From NCBI GenBank assembly GCA_963779385.1, contig CAVZYE010000008.1:14828-78827 (forward strand): DNA of 64,000 nucleotides. Direction: 5' to 3'. The notes beneath the pieces were generated by a model. It did no database searches. It had not been told where the DNA came from and was given only the letters and a program-made list of their open reading frames with translations. Within the stretch, counting starts at the first letter, position 1. Each line of letters begins with the position of its first letter. The position numbers and the translations under genes are program-made. This document shows, in pieces, positions 11,818 through 23,517 of the stretch. This DNA comes from an uncultured Acidobacteriaceae bacterium (GTDB lineage Bacteria; Acidobacteriota; Terriglobia; Terriglobales; Acidobacteriaceae).

Positions 11818-13097
11818 CAGGTTGCGGAAAAAAGGCTGGTGAACCGGATAAGGCACGATGGTTTCCACAGGGCGATACGGTATGTATTAGTCATGCGCGG
11901 AAATGACGAGCAACAGGAAGCGGTATTCAGCTACATCGGCCTTGAACAGCGAGTGCCGAAGGATCATCCATTACGTGCCATCCGGCAGATGAGCGATGCA
12001 GCATTGCGGGAGTTGGACTCCGAGTTCCAACAGCTGTACGCGCGGCGCGGGCGGCCGTCGATTGCTCCGGAGAAGCTGATACGGGCGCAGTTATTGCAGG
12101 TACTGTATTCGGTGCGGTCGGAGCGGCAACTGATGGAGCAGTTGGACTACAACCTTCTTTTCCGCTGGTTTGTGGGACTCAACATCGACGACCCGGTGTG
12201 GGATGTGACGGTATTTACCAAGAACCGCGAGCGTCTGATTGAGGGCGAGGTTGCCGAACAGTTGTTGCTGGCGGTGGTGGAACAGGCGCGTGCGCATCAG
12301 CTTTTAAGCGAGGAGCATTTCACCGTGGACGGTACTTTGATTCAGGCCTGGGCCAGCCGTCGCAGCTTCCGTGAGAAGCCCGATCCGCCCAGCCGGGGCA
12401 CGGGAACGCGAGGCCGCAAGCTGCTGCGCGACACGCATGAGTCAGCCACCGACCCGGAGGCGCGTTTGTATAAGAAGAGCGGGGCGGCGGTAGCGGTGCC
12501 CAGCTACCTGGGCCATGTGCTGACGGAGAACCGCAACGGACTGGTGGTAGCAGCGATGGTGACGCAGTCCAGCAAGACGGCGGAACGGGAGGCTGCATTG
12601 GTGATGGTGGACAAGCTGAAACGCGCCGTGGTGAGCACGCTGGGCGCCGACAAGAGTTATCAAGAGGAGCAGTTTGTTGGTCAGTTGCGCGCCCGCCGCA
12701 TCAGGCCGCATGTAGCCGAATACGCGCCCAATCCGAAATGGCCCAACTGGCTTACCGGAGAAGAACGCAACAGCGAAGGATTTGCCATCAGCCAGAGGAA
12801 GCGGAAGCTGGTGGAGAAGGTGTTCGGCTGGGCCAAGCAAGATCGGGCCGTCCGGCAGGTAAAACTGCGCGGCAGGGCACGAGTCGACTGGCTGTTTAGC
12901 CTGGTTGCCACAGCGCACAACCTGCTGCGCATGCAGAAGCTGATTCCGGCGCAGTAAGTCCGGGGGATAGGTGTCTCTGGAGGCCGCAAAATCGGATCTC
13001 CAGAGGAGCAAATCAACAGCAGTACAACCGATTTGAAGTGAAAAAACTCAACGGTGCGACTCGGAATCGAAAAATGAACGACTTTTTCCGCAAGCTG
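11818..13097 (+). mobile_element. IS5-family insertion sequence (1280 bp)
   Basis: Terminal IRs CAGGTTGCGGAAAAA / TTTTTCCGCAAGCTG; 4-bp TGAA duplication at 11814-11817 and 13098-13101. Confidence 0.9.
11893..12957 (+). CDS. IS5-family DDE transposase
   Basis: GRPSIAPE.L, SERQLMEQLDYNLLFRWFVGL, FTVDGTLI, LGADKSY, R..VE..FGW.K. Confidence 0.95.
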   Translation: MRGNDEQQEAVFSYIGLEQRVPKDHPLRAIRQMSDAALRELDSEFQQLYARRGRPSIAPEKLIRAQLLQVLYSVRSERQLMEQLDYNLLFRWFVGLNIDDPVWDVTVFTKNRERLIEGEVAEQLLLAVVEQARAHQLLSEEHFTVDGTLIQAWASRRSFREKPDPPSRGTGTRGRKLLRDTHESATDPEARLYKKSGAAVAVPSYLGHVLTENRNGLVVAAMVTQSSKTAEREAALVMVDKLKRAVVSTLGADKSYQEEQFVGQLRARRIRPHVAEYAPNPKWPNWLTGEERNSEGFAISQRKRKLVEKVFGWAKQDRAVRQVKLRGRARVDWLFSLVATAHNLLRMQKLIPAQ

Positions 13098-13162
13098 TGA
13101 AGTCGTGCCCTGATACAAAGCGGGTACACTCGCAATCCTCCAAGTTCAAAGGTGAATCCAAA

Positions 13163-14668
13163 GTGCAAAATGCTCTTTATGCTGTTCTGTCTGATTCACT
13201 GCGCCGGTTGTCGCTATCTATCTCTGCTGTGTTTTTTCTGTTTGCTCTAGCGGCTGGCCTGCCCCTGGCCGCGCAGGACGACATCACCACGCAAAACGCG
13301 ACATCCGGATTCAATGGCGTATACATCACCGGGCCGGCTTCGAACCCGTTGAGCTTCTTGAACGGCGCGGCCTGGCGTACTACCGGCAATCCGGCGCCCT
13401 ATGACTTTCACGACTTTGCTCCAGCGACTTACATTGACTCACAACTGCCCAATTGGATCGATTTGCGGGCCGAAGAGCGGCTCCGGTATGAGGCGTATAA
13501 CAATTCAAGCTTCAAAGCGAGAGTCGATGACTCCTACATATTGAACCGTTTCCGGTTTCAGGTAAATGTGCATACGCGCAGCTGGCTGCGAGTTACGGCG
13601 CAGGTGCAGGACGCGCGCGCGGGCTACCAAAACCCGCCGCTCGGCCCGCCGAGCACGGTTCGCTGGGATCTGAAGCTGGCTTACGTCGAGGTCGGCGCGC
13701 CCGACAAGCACTGGTTCAGCTTGCGCTTGGGCCGGCAGATGATCAACTACAACAACACCATCCTCGCCGACTCAGAGTGGCGCAACCAGGCCCGCTCCTA
13801 CGATGCGGCGGTGCTGAACCTGAACGCGAAACGCGAACACCTGGGGCTGTTCGCCGCGTCGGCTGTGACGCCGCAGGCCTATGGCGTGGGCCCGCATCAG
13901 GAAGGCAACAATATCTACGGGGCCTACGGCCGCATCGATGATTTTCTTGTGCCGCACTCGAATATTGAGCCGTTCTTTCTGCGGCGCGTGCAGCCGGCAG
14001 AGGTTGTGGAACCCGCCGAGGCCAAGACCACCGGCAAGGAGAACGAGAGAGCTCTTGGTTTGCGCTTCAAGGCGCAGGCCCACTCTGCGTTCGATTACGG
14101 GGGCGAGGTCATCGTCGAAACCGGCACGGTGGGACCGCAGCCGATTCGAGCCTCGGCGGCGCAGGCAGGCGTGGCATACCAGTTCCTCGACGTGGTGGCC
14201 AAGCCGCGCATCTTTACCCAGTACGACTACGCCACGGGCAACAGCAACCCGAAGCAGAACGCAACGCACGCCACTTTCGACACGATCTACCCGACAGCCC
14301 ACGACCGCCTTGGAATCGCCGACCTGTTCGGCTGGCAGAACATTGAGGCAGTGCGCGTGGGAACCACTATTGAGCCACATCGGCGGCTCACATTCACTGT
14401 GCAGGGGCGGACTTTTGGGCGGCTCGATGCGCTGGACTCGATCTACAATACTTCGGGCAGCGCGATCGTGACCAACAAGACCGACCACGGACGCCATTTG
14501 GGCGCGGAAATCGATGGCTACTCTTGGTATGAACTCAATAGGCACTTCAACCTGGGCGGCGGCGTCGGCTACTTCGGCGGGGGGGAGTTTCTGACGAATG
14601 TGGCAACCAGCCACTCGTACAGGTACTACTATGTTGCGCTGAACTTCAAAGACAACGGAAAGAAGTAG
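13163..14668 (+). CDS. Alginate export (AlgE-like) outer-membrane beta-barrel
   Basis: Signal peptide; R.RYE, VQDAR, LGRQ, W.N..RSYDA, YDYATG, FD..YPTAH. Confidence 0.75.
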   Translation: MQNALYAVLSDSLRRLSLSISAVFFLFALAAGLPLAAQDDITTQNATSGFNGVYITGPASNPLSFLNGAAWRTTGNPAPYDFHDFAPATYIDSQLPNWIDLRAEERLRYEAYNNSSFKARVDDSYILNRFRFQVNVHTRSWLRVTAQVQDARAGYQNPPLGPPSTVRWDLKLAYVEVGAPDKHWFSLRLGRQMINYNNTILADSEWRNQARSYDAAVLNLNAKREHLGLFAASAVTPQAYGVGPHQEGNNIYGAYGRIDDFLVPHSNIEPFFLRRVQPAEVVEPAEAKTTGKENERALGLRFKAQAHSAFDYGGEVIVETGTVGPQPIRASAAQAGVAYQFLDVVAKPRIFTQYDYATGNSNPKQNATHATFDTIYPTAHDRLGIADLFGWQNIEAVRVGTTIEPHRRLTFTVQGRTFGRLDALDSIYNTSGSAIVTNKTDHGRHLGAEIDGYSWYELNRHFNLGGGVGYFGGGEFLTNVATSHSYRYYYVALNFKDNGKK

Positions 14669-14682
14669 CTAGTTCCCCCTGA

Positions 14683-14721
14683 AAAGCAGAAAGGGCAGCC
14701 CGTGTGGGCTGCCCTTTCTGC
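14683..14721. terminator. Bidirectional intrinsic terminator
   Basis: GCAGAAAGGGCAGCCC-GTGT-GGGCTGCCCTTTCTGC between convergent genes. Confidence 0.8.
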
Positions 14722-14748
14722 GGTTGCGGAACCCGAGGTTCGCTGGGG

Positions 14749-16673
14749 TTATGGGAGGTAGTAGCGGAAGGAGGTGAAGACCATGTTGTCGTCGCCATGG
14801 GCTCCGCCATCGGGATTCGCACAGACCATTGGGAACACTTGGAGCTGTCGCGCTGCCGAGGCCGGACCAGAGGTCGCGGCGAATCAAGCTGTACTGGAGA
14901 CCGTAGCGCAGACGGCCCTTGGGGCCTGCATAGATGTTGTACCAGTAGCCGGCTGTGAATTCCTGCACGTCCTTGTTGTTGGCCTTGCAGTTGCTGGCGC
15001 GCTGGGATTCCTGACCGGCGGTAAGTCCGGCGGGAGTACTCACATTGTTTCCGGTGGGGGCCACTTCGGTATTGCAGCCGGACATGCGGGAGCATTGGTA
15101 AACATGCGGGATGCCGTAGCCTTCCGCAGTTGTGGCTCGACTGTAACCCAGTATTCGCGGTTGATATAGTCGCCGCCGTAGTTGAGGTAGATGTTCAGGC
15201 GCTTGGTGGGATTCAATTCCACGGTGCTGAGAGCGGAGAAGCCGTGCAGCGGAGCGAGCATGCCGTTGGGACGGACGGTCACGTCGGCAATGGTGGAGGA
15301 GCCGTAGCGGCCGACGCCCTTGCCCCACAGGCCCTTCAGGCCGATGGTGACCTTTTTGTTGAAGAGCGGGCCGCGGAAGCCGCCGCCGACGCCGCCGCCC
15401 ACCGTCGTGTCGTTGTACGCGCCAGTGCATTCCGGTGCAAGTGATCCACCAGGTACAGTGTGCTGGCGCTTGTGGAGGTGCAGCGGCATTGGGATAGATG
15501 CGGTCACGGAAGAAGCGGCTGATGCCGAAGAGTTCCCAGTGGCCCCAGCCCGGCTCGAGCGGCCATCTTGGCGACGAAGTCGGGCGCCATGTTGAAGGAG
15601 TAGTTGGCGGTGGAGTTGTAAAGGCCGCCGCCGTTTCCGCCGGTGCCAAGAGGATAGTTGTGACGGGTGAGGTTGGTGCCGGCCGGATTGAGGGTCTCGG
15701 CGTTTTCGGCCGAGATGCCGGCGAAGACACTTATTGCCGAAATCCTTTGACACGCGGAAGCTGTACTGCCGCGTCCAGACGAAGCCGGCTTCGTACTGGG
15801 GATCGATGGTGGCCGGCAGAATTTCAGTTCCGCGGGTAAGGCCCTTGGTGGTTTCAGCCGCCAGCGACCATCCCTGGCCGCCGGAGAAGTCCCAGCCGTT
15901 GGTCAGCTTGGCATCCGCCCACAGTTGGCGCTGGCGCATCACGTAGCTGTTGCTCTGGTTGTTGTTGGAGGTGATGCCGGTGCCCAGCCAATCCATCTCG
16001 TAGTAGCCGGTCATGGTCATGTTGGCAGCTTGCCGATGGCCTTGATGGCCAAGCGCGACTGACGGCCGGTTCCCTGGAACTCGCTCATCTTCGCAGTGTC
16101 GGAGTTCTGCAGCGGAACGCCGGTGAAGGGGGTGTTGAGGCCGCCGCCGGTGGCCGCCGTGCGCCACACGGTTTCAGCCGCCAGGAAGCTGCCCGCAGGC
16201 GAGAGGGTGATGCCCTTGTAGTGGAGCGCATCGGGGTTGGCGATTTCCTTCTTGATCTTGGCGGTCTCGTCGGAGACGGTGGTGGCCAGCGAAGCCTCGT
16301 TGCCCTTGAGGTCGTTGACGGTGGACTGCAGCGTTGAGACAGCGGCTGCGTTGTCAGTGACGGCCTGGTTGGAAGACGATGCGGCGGCTTGTGCCTTGTC
16401 CGCGGCGGCCTGGGCTTCGGCAGCGGCTTGCTTTGCCTGCTTCAACTCCGCGTCCTTGGTGGCCAGGTCGGTCTTGAGTTCGTTGATCTGGCCCTGCAAA
16501 TCATGGCGCAGGCCCTGAATCTGTTCTTCCACTGTGGGTGGCTTTGGCTTTTTCTCTTTTGCGGTTGCGGTGTGCTTCTTCACGGCCGGTTTATCCTGGC
16601 CGGCGCTGGCGTACGAGGCAAACAGGCAGACTGCCAGAATTGCCGCGGCTGCAGTTGCGAATTTGAATTTCAT
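14749..16673 (-). CDS. Outer-membrane porin-like protein with N-terminal coiled coil (frameshifted)
   Basis: Signal peptide, Ala/Gln coiled coil, RQSR, GYYEMDWLG, RQRQ.W, GQ.WSL, C-terminal SFRYYLP. Confidence 0.75.
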
Positions 16674-17043
16674 GGGCCTCTCTCTTCCTCTCGAATCAAA
16701 TTGGTTTGTGGTCTCACCTGCTCACGCAGGCGTATGCATTAAACTCCCGCAATCCGAAATTCCTGAACATAAAGCCAAGTTGCGATGCTATCGGCGTTGC
16801 GGAAGGAACAACAAGAGCCAGGAAAAAGTACGCAGAGGCGGAGTTTTCCCTGGCTGGTTCCGTGTTTCAGATTGGCAGAGTTTGATGAATATATGACTAA
16901 TTCACGTATTTTTAACAAAGCTATCTTGAGTTATTGCGTGAAGTATCAGGCGAATTAATATTCCTTTAATAAATATATTGGTTTGGGTGCGATTGCGGCG
17001 TGTGGAAGGCAACGATCTTTTGAGTGGAAGTTAGTCTAGTTAC

Positions 17044-19959
17044 TTAATCCGCTCTGCCGGCGCTGAGCAGGTTGGCCAGCAGTCGATAGGCTCCGGGGAC
17101 TAACTCGGGGAACTGGCGATACAGCGCGTAGGCAACATAGATATAAGTTCCTTTGCCGGGATGGGCGACGAGCAGGCCGCCGCGCTGCGGGTCCTGGCCG
17201 GGGTCGGCGGTCTCAGTGAGCGCCGTGTAGGCAGGGTCCCAGGTATCGAGGAAGGAGTGGCCGCGCTCCTCGACCCAGCCGTCAAAGTCGGCGGTGGTGA
17301 TGGCGTTGGGCGAGGTGAGCAGGGGATTGGCGGGCTCGAGCAGCTTGACCGGGGCCTGCTCGTCGACGACGCGCTCCGCAGAGCGGCCCATGGAGAGCGG
17401 AAACGGAGCAGGGAAGTTGCCGCTCTGGTACTGGACGATCAGCGTTCCGCCGCGGCGGACAAATTCATCGAGCCGCGGCTGGGCGGCGGCTAGTTCAGGG
17501 CGCGCGGAGTAGGCGCGAATGCCGATGACGATCACGTTCCAGGCGGAGAGGTCGGCGGAGGCTGAGCTCGGCGGCGGTGAGCAGGTGGGCGTGACGCCCA
17601 GGGCTTCAATGGCGTCGGGAACCAGGTCGCCGGTGCCCATGACGTAGCCGATGCGCAGGCCCGGCGCGAGCTTCACGTCGATCTTGCGGGTCTTCAACTG
17701 GGCGGGCTTGTAGAGGTTATAGGGGCGCAGGCCGGGGTAGCCGATGCTCTGCCAGCCGGTTGTGTAGGTAGCGTGAGCCAGCGGAGGTAGCGGAGTTGCG
17801 TTGCTGTATGGTCGCTGAATGTGGCGTGGACACGGCGTCGATGTTGTCCGCCGTCTCGGCCGTCGTAGACGGAAAAGAGAATGGCTCGGTGTCGCCGGCG
17901 CTGTCGAGATGGAAGTGGCGCTTGCAGCTGGGTTGGAGGTCCATCCGGCGGGGAGGTTGAGATCGACTGTGCCTTCGGCGGCGGCTTGGGCGTGGACGGT
18001 GACGCGGACGGGCAGAGCGGAGCCGTCGAGCGGAAGAATGCGGGCTTCGGGCTCGATGCGGACGCCGATGGCGGGCGTGACGACAGCGGCTCGTAGATGC
18101 CGCCGGGGCCGAGGACGCGCTGCATGGTCTGCACGACCTGGCCGATGCGGATGGGCAGGCCGTCAAAGGTGAACTCGGCCCAGGCGGCCAGCGGCCAGGG
18201 CGCGAAGGAGCGCAGGCGGTACTCCGGCTGGGTGAGGTCGTAGTAGGGCTGCTCGATGGTGGGGCGGGTGAAGTAGGGCTGGGTGGGTTCGGCGTTTTCA
18301 GCGGCATGGACCTGGAAGATCGGGTCGGCGGTGGGGGCATGCGGGGTCGATTGCGGCGGTGATCTGCTCGTTTTTCCATGGGTCGCCGCTGCTGCTCTCA
18401 AGCCAGACTCTGTTGAGACGGGTTTCGGCTGTGGCTTGCGCGGTGTGGACGCGGACGCGGAACTCCTCGCCGGGAGTTACGCTGCGCGGGGTTTCGTCGG
18501 GTCCGCCGCCTCTGGGGCCGCCGCTCTGGACGCTTTCGGCTTTGGTGGTGAAGGCGACGAGGTCGAGGCCGAGCAGATCTTTGAGCGCGGACTGAAATTC
18601 GGTCGATCTTTGCGTCGAGTTCGAAGAGCAGGTTGGCTTTGGATTGGGGGTCGAGATTGCTGGCGGCGACTTTTGCGCTGAGGTCGAGGGTCTGGCGGTA
18701 GATGGGCGCGAGCTTATGCGCGAAGCTGACGGCTGAGAGGTTTTTGCGTTCGGCCTCTGCGTTTTGAATGCTGTTATCGATGCTGCGAAGGTTTGCGGCA
18801 AGCCAGTTGGGCGCGCTGCCTTTGACCAGATTGGGCAGGCCGTCGAGGGTGGTATCGATGGCGACCTTGGAGTTGTGGAAGAGGTCGCTGTTGGTCGCGA
18901 TTAGTGCCGGGCTTTGCGGCTGCTGTAGGGCGCAACGGCCCAGAGGTGATAGCTGGTGGTGGCCGGGCCGCTGAGGGTTGGGTTTGCGCCGCCGTTTTGC
19001 GACTTCTGCTCGCCCCAGCCTTCGCGCGCGATCTGCACATAGCTGCGGCCAAGGATGGGTCGCGCGTGCCGACCTGGATGGTCACATCGGTCGAGGGCGC
19101 GCGGTCGGACCACTCGCCGGTGACGTAGTTTTTGAATTTTGCCGGCGCCCATTTGCCGGTGGCGTAGTCGAACATTTTTCCTCTGTGATCCGGCGCGAAG
19201 GGAACCATGGAGTAGACGGCGAGCGGCTGCCAGACTGTAAGGCCGAGGCCGCCTTCTTACGGGCTTGAGTTGGTCGGGAAAGACGTTGGGGTCGGCGGCG
19301 GCTTTGAAGACCTCCTGCGCGATTTCGCCGGAGACCTGGTGGTGGCCGTGGCCGTCGGTGATGCCGCCGACGAAGGTGGAGACGATGACCTGCGGGCGCT
19401 CGCGGCGGACGGCGAGCACGGCGTCGTAGAGGACGCGGTCGTGGCCCCAGTTGGCGAAGGACTTCCTCTTGCGTCTTGGAGAAGCCGAAGTCGACCTCGG
19501 TGCCCCAGAGCTGCTTGGCGCCGTAGTACTCGTCGGCCTTGAGCAGTTCGTTGGTGCGGATGAGGCCGAGCGCGTCGTCGCTGTCGGCGGACATGGCGTT
19601 CTGGCCGCCTTCGCCGCGGGTGAGGGTGAGCAGGGTGCAGCGCGACGCCCAGGCCGCGCGAGAGAGTAGGTGAGCAGCGCGCCGTCCTCGTCGTCGGGGT
19701 GGGCGACGATCATCATCACGCTGGCGGTGGTGGAGAGGCGCTTGAGCGATTGCTCCAGGGCCGCGGCGCCGCGGTCTTCGGCGAAGGGCAGGGCGATGGC
19801 GCTGGGCTCGCTCGCGGGGAGCTGGAAGGGCGAGGCAGCGGGTACGGGTTGCGGCGCAGATTGTTGCGCTAGCAGGCAGATGGGGAGAGCGCTTGCAAAG
19901 ATCAGGGCCGCAAGGACCGTCCCGGCTGCGAATCGATGAACTCTATCGGCGAAGAACAT
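17044..19959 (-). CDS. Secreted PIG-L/LmbE-family deacetylase, multidomain (heavily frameshifted)
   Basis: AHPDDED, DFGFSK, GHGHHQ, C-terminal IGYVMGTGD and DGWVEERG. Confidence 0.85.
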
Positions 19960-20001
19960 ACTTGCCGTCAGTGTACAATCCGGGGAGCGAATCAGCGCTT
20001 G

Positions 20002-21424
20002 ATGACATTGCACTTCTTCCACTTCCGGCGGCAGCGGCACACTCGAGCGGCGCATCGGGCTGCGCTCGGCCGTGCTCTTCAACATGCTGGAGATGATCGG
20101 CGTGGGGCCGTTCATCACGCTGCCGCTGGTGATTGCGGCGGCGGGCTACCGGCTGTCCGTGTGGGCGTGGGTGCTGGGCGCGGTGATCGCCGTGGCCGAC
20201 GGGCTGGTGTGGGCGGAGCTGGGCGCGGCGTTTCCGCGGGCCGGCGGGTCGTATGCGTTTCTGCGCGAGATCTACGGGCCGAAGGGCGCGGGAAACTGGC
20301 TCAGCTTTCTCTACGTCTGGCAGTTGAGCTTTTCCGCGCCGCTGGCGATTGCTTCGGGGTGCATCGGGCTCTCGAGTTTTCTGGCGTGGTTCTGGCCGGG
20401 GCTGGAGAACGCGCCGGTGGCCGCGTTGCCGGCGCTGCACTATGCGAACTTTGCCGCGGCGGGCGCGTGCCTGCTGGTGACGGCGCTGCTTTATCGCAAT
20501 TTGAGCTCGATTACGCGGCTGGCGTGGGTGCTGTTTGCCGGGGTGATGGCGGCGATTGCGGGGGTGATTGTTTCCGGGTTTGCGCATGCGGCGCGGGCGG
20601 CTGGCAGATGCCGGCCTCGCCGGCGCTGCCGCTTGGCGTGGCGCTGGGCGGGCTGGCGCAGGCTACGCTGCTGACCACTTATTGCTACTGGGGCTACTAC
20701 AACATTTGTTTTCTGGGCGGCGAGGTGAAGCGGCCGGAGCGGACGATTCCGCGGGCGATTCTGCTGTCGGTGCTGTTTGTTGCGGCGTTTTATGTGGCGA
20801 TGAATCTGGCGGCGCTGCCTTCGATGCGCGATGCGGCTGCGCACGTGGCTGCCGGGGAGACGGTGCGGCTGCAACTGGTGGCGGACATTGCGCAAGGCGG
20901 CGTTTGGAACGGTGGCCGGGCGGCTGATGGCGGCGCTGATTGTCTGGACGGCGTTTGCTTCGGTGTTTTCGCTGCTGCTGGGCTACTCGCGCGTGCCGTA
21001 TGCGGCGGCGCGGGATGGCAATTATTTCCGCTTTCTGGCTGCGGTGCATCCGAAGCACGGGATTCCTCACCGGTCGCTGGTGGCGCTGGGGCTGGTGGCG
21101 ACCTGCTTCTGCTTTTTCTCGCTGGCGCAGGTGATTACGATGCTGGTGATCACGCGCATTCTGCTGCAGTTCTTTTTGCAGCAGGTGGGCGTGATGCTGC
21201 TGCGGGTGCAGAGGCCGGAGCTGGCGCGGCCGTTCAGGATGCCGCTCTATCCGCTGCCGCCGCTGGTGGCGATGGCGGGATTTGTGTTCATTCTGGTCAA
21301 CCGGCGCCATGCGCTGGGGGGATTGGCGGTGGCGGCGGGGATTGGCGTTTCCGGGACGCTGATTTATCTATATGCGGGCGCGGCGGTTGGGGCAGTGGCC
21401 GTTTATGAAGAAGTGAAAAAGTGA
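20002..21424 (+). CDS. APC-family amino-acid permease (frameshifted)
   Basis: MIGVGPFIT, WAELG...P.AGGSY, GGEVK.P.R.IPRAI, SRVPYAAARDG, RPFRMPLYP. Confidence 0.88.
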
Positions 21425-21460
21425 AGAAACTTATAAAAAGCTATAGATAGATGGAGCTAT

Positions 21461-21506
21461 CCCACCCTAGCCACAAAAACAAAAACGTGGCGAGGGTGGG
21501 GCACCC
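21461..21506 (+). repeat. REP-like hairpin, family A
   Basis: Copy of the 1928-1973 element, including the upstream GGAGCTAT. Confidence 0.85.
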
Positions 21507-21517
21507 ATTTTGATCCG

Positions 21518-22147
21518 TCAATCGAATTGAAAAAATGCTTGTGCTACAGGGTTGAAGCTCTTGCGGTGGAGCGGGGTGGGGCCGAGGCGGGCGAGGGCTT
21601 CGATGTGCTGGGGTGAGCAGTAGCCTTTGTGGCTGGCGAGGCCGTAGCCGGGGAATTGGCGATCGAGCTCGACGAGCAGGCGGTCGCGGTGGACCTTGGC
21701 CAGGACACTGGCGGCGGCGATGGAGAGGCTGATTGCGTCGCCGTGGATTACCGGCTGCTGAGGACAGGGCCAGTCGATGGTGTCGCGGCCGTCGATGAGA
21801 AGGTAGTCGGGAGTTAGGGCTAGCTGCTGGACGGCTAGGCGCATGGCCAGCAACGAGGCCTGGCGGATATTGATGCGGTCGATGGTTTCAGCATCGACGG
21901 CGGCGATGGCCCAGGCTATGGCTTTCCGGCGGATCCTGGGGTCGAGTTTGTTGCGCTGCTTTTCGGAGAGTTTTTTTGAGTCGGTGAGGCCTTGCAGGCG
22001 GCAGCCTTTGGGGAAGATGACTGCGGCGGCGACTACCGGGCCGAAGAGCGGGCCGCGGCCTACTTCGTCGAGGCCAGCGATCAGGAGGGCGCCGCTTCGG
22101 CGCGCGGCTTCTTCCAGCTTTAATCCGCAGACGTGGGTTTCCGTCAT
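21518..22147 (-). CDS. rnhB: Ribonuclease HII
   Basis: GLDEVGRGPL.GPV, DSKKL, AAASVLAKV.RD, HR.SF. Confidence 0.95.
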   Translation of the reverse strand: MTETHVCGLKLEEAARRSGALLIAGLDEVGRGPLFGPVVAAAVIFPKGCRLQGLTDSKKLSEKQRNKLDPRIRRKAIAWAIAAVDAETIDRINIRQASLLAMRLAVQQLALTPDYLLIDGRDTIDWPCPQQPVIHGDAISLSIAAASVLAKVHRDRLLVELDRQFPGYGLASHKGYCSPQHIEALARLGPTPLHRKSFNPVAQAFFQFD

Positions 22148-22285
22148 GGAATCAAGTATAGGAAGACTGGCTGCCTTTGGAGGGTTGTGGATTTCTCGAC
22201 CCATACAAGAAGCAAAAAGTCGCAGGGATGGGACACGGGGCTTTTGTCAGGGTAACGAACAAAGGCTGATTGGCATTTGTGGTAT

Positions 22286-22377
22286 CCCACCCTTGCCACA
22301 AAAACAAATACGTGGCAAGGATGGGGCACCCGGCTTTTGTGGTTTCCCAGGTCTCAAAGGCGAGACCTGGGGCACCC
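22286..22377 (+). repeat. Two tandem REP-like hairpins (family A long form and CCCAGGTCTC short form)
   Basis: Both end in GGGGCACCC; the short form recurs at 31285. Confidence 0.8.
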
Positions 22378-22393
22378 GCTTTTGTGGGAGTTC

Positions 22394-22428
22394 AAAAAAA
22401 CAACCCCGACTGTGCGCCGGGGTTGTTT
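22394..22428 (-). terminator. Intrinsic terminator of rplS
   Basis: AAACAACCCCG/CGGGGTTGTTT stem followed by a T-tract on the minus strand. Confidence 0.7.
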
Positions 22429-22451
22429 GGGTGACGAATATTCTTTTCGGC

Positions 22452-22823
22452 TTAGGCGCGGACTTTGCCGGTTACGCGGTCTACTTCCTTGAGGCGGGCG
22501 GCTTTGCCGCGGAGCGAGCGGAGATAGAAGAGCTTGGCGCGGCGGACGCGGTAGCTGCGGACCGTTTCGATCTTGTCAATGACCGTGGAGTTGAAGGGGA
22601 AGATGCGCTCCACACCCTGGCCAAAACTCATTTTGCGGACGGTAAAGGTGCCCTGGGGGCCGCGGTTGATGGCGATGACCAGGCCTTCAAAGGCCTGGAG
22701 GCGTTCTTTGTCGCCTTCCTTGATCTTTACCTGGACGCGAATCTGATCGCCGGGAGCGATCTCTGGAAGGTCGGTGCGCTTGAGCTTATCGGCCAGGCGC
22801 TGCATTACGGGATGAATGGACAT
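22452..22823 (-). CDS. rplS: 50S ribosomal protein L19
   Basis: [36 protein letters not shown]. Confidence 0.97.
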   Translation of the reverse strand: MSIHPVMQRLADKLKRTDLPEIAPGDQIRVQVKIKEGDKERLQAFEGLVIAINRGPQGTFTVRKMSFGQGVERIFPFNSTVIDKIETVRSYRVRRAKLFYLRSLRGKAARLKEVDRVTGKVRA

Positions 22824-22913
22824 TGTGTTTTCCTGCGGTTGGACTCAGAACTTCAAGACTATCAGAGAAGGGGCTTTTGTGCCTAATTCCAGGGCTGCGG
22901 TATATTTTCCAGT

Positions 22914-23384
22914 ATGGATGAGAAACGGGAATTGCTGCGGCATACGCTGGCTACTGTGGCCTACAGGGCGGCTCGGGCCCTAGAGAACGCGCCGGAGAAT
23001 TTTGCGGGGTTTGACGGGGCTGGGCGGCCGCCGGCGACTATTCTGGCGCACATGGGGGACCTGTTCGACTGGGCGCTGAGCATGGCTACAGGGAATCCGA
23101 GCTGGCACAATTCCGCGCCGCTCTCGTGGGCTGATGAAGAGCGGCGGTTCTTTACGTCGCTCAGTGCCTTCGACGATTATCTGGCTTCCGCTGAGCCGCT
23201 TCTTGCGCCGGTCGAGCGGCTTTTTCAGGGGCCGGTGGCCGATGCTCTGACGCACGTGGGGCAGATTGCCATGATGCGGCGGTTAGCGGGATGCCCTACG
23301 CGTGGGGAAAATTTTTACGTGGCGGCGATTGAGGTGGGGCAGGTGGGAGAGGAACAGCCTGCGCCGATGCAGCCGTTCCGCTAG
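22914..23384 (+). CDS. DinB-like protein
   Basis: LRHTLAT..YR, ILAHMGDL, DALTHVGQ.AM.RR. Confidence 0.7.
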   Translation: MDEKRELLRHTLATVAYRAARALENAPENFAGFDGAGRPPATILAHMGDLFDWALSMATGNPSWHNSAPLSWADEERRFFTSLSAFDDYLASAEPLLAPVERLFQGPVADALTHVGQIAMMRRLAGCPTRGENFYVAAIEVGQVGEEQPAPMQPFR

Positions 23385-23491
23385 TAAACGCCGAGTAAAT
23401 GTCCTCCCTGAACTCTTGCAAAGTGGCTGTGTTTAGCAAAGGGAATGTTTACAGGACGCCTTGTTAGCACCGAATAAAGTAACTATTACCA

Positions 23492-23517
23492 ACGGTGTGC
23501 CAGTCTGGCACGACCGT
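23492..23517. promoter_or_regulatory. Extended palindrome upstream of PEP-CTERM gene (candidate operator)
   Basis: ACGGT-GTGCCAG-T-CTGGCAC-G-ACCGT, plus a further CTGGCAC at 23526-23532. Confidence 0.4.

Larger units (their letters stand above)
11771..13110. repeat. REP-like element family B (GGGGCTAAAGCCC...GGCACGAC-TGAA-GTCGTGCC), split by an IS
   Basis: Left part 11771-11817 and right part 13098-13110 rejoin into a perfect 8-bp hairpin. Confidence 0.8.

Noticed and set aside
11659-11892. N-terminal extension of the transposase in the ORF track
   Set aside because: Runs through the REP element and left IR; the real start is ATG 11893.
21843-22886. 347-aa plus-strand ORF and similar long antisense ORFs
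   Set aside because: Antisense to rnhB and rplS; expected in high-GC DNA.
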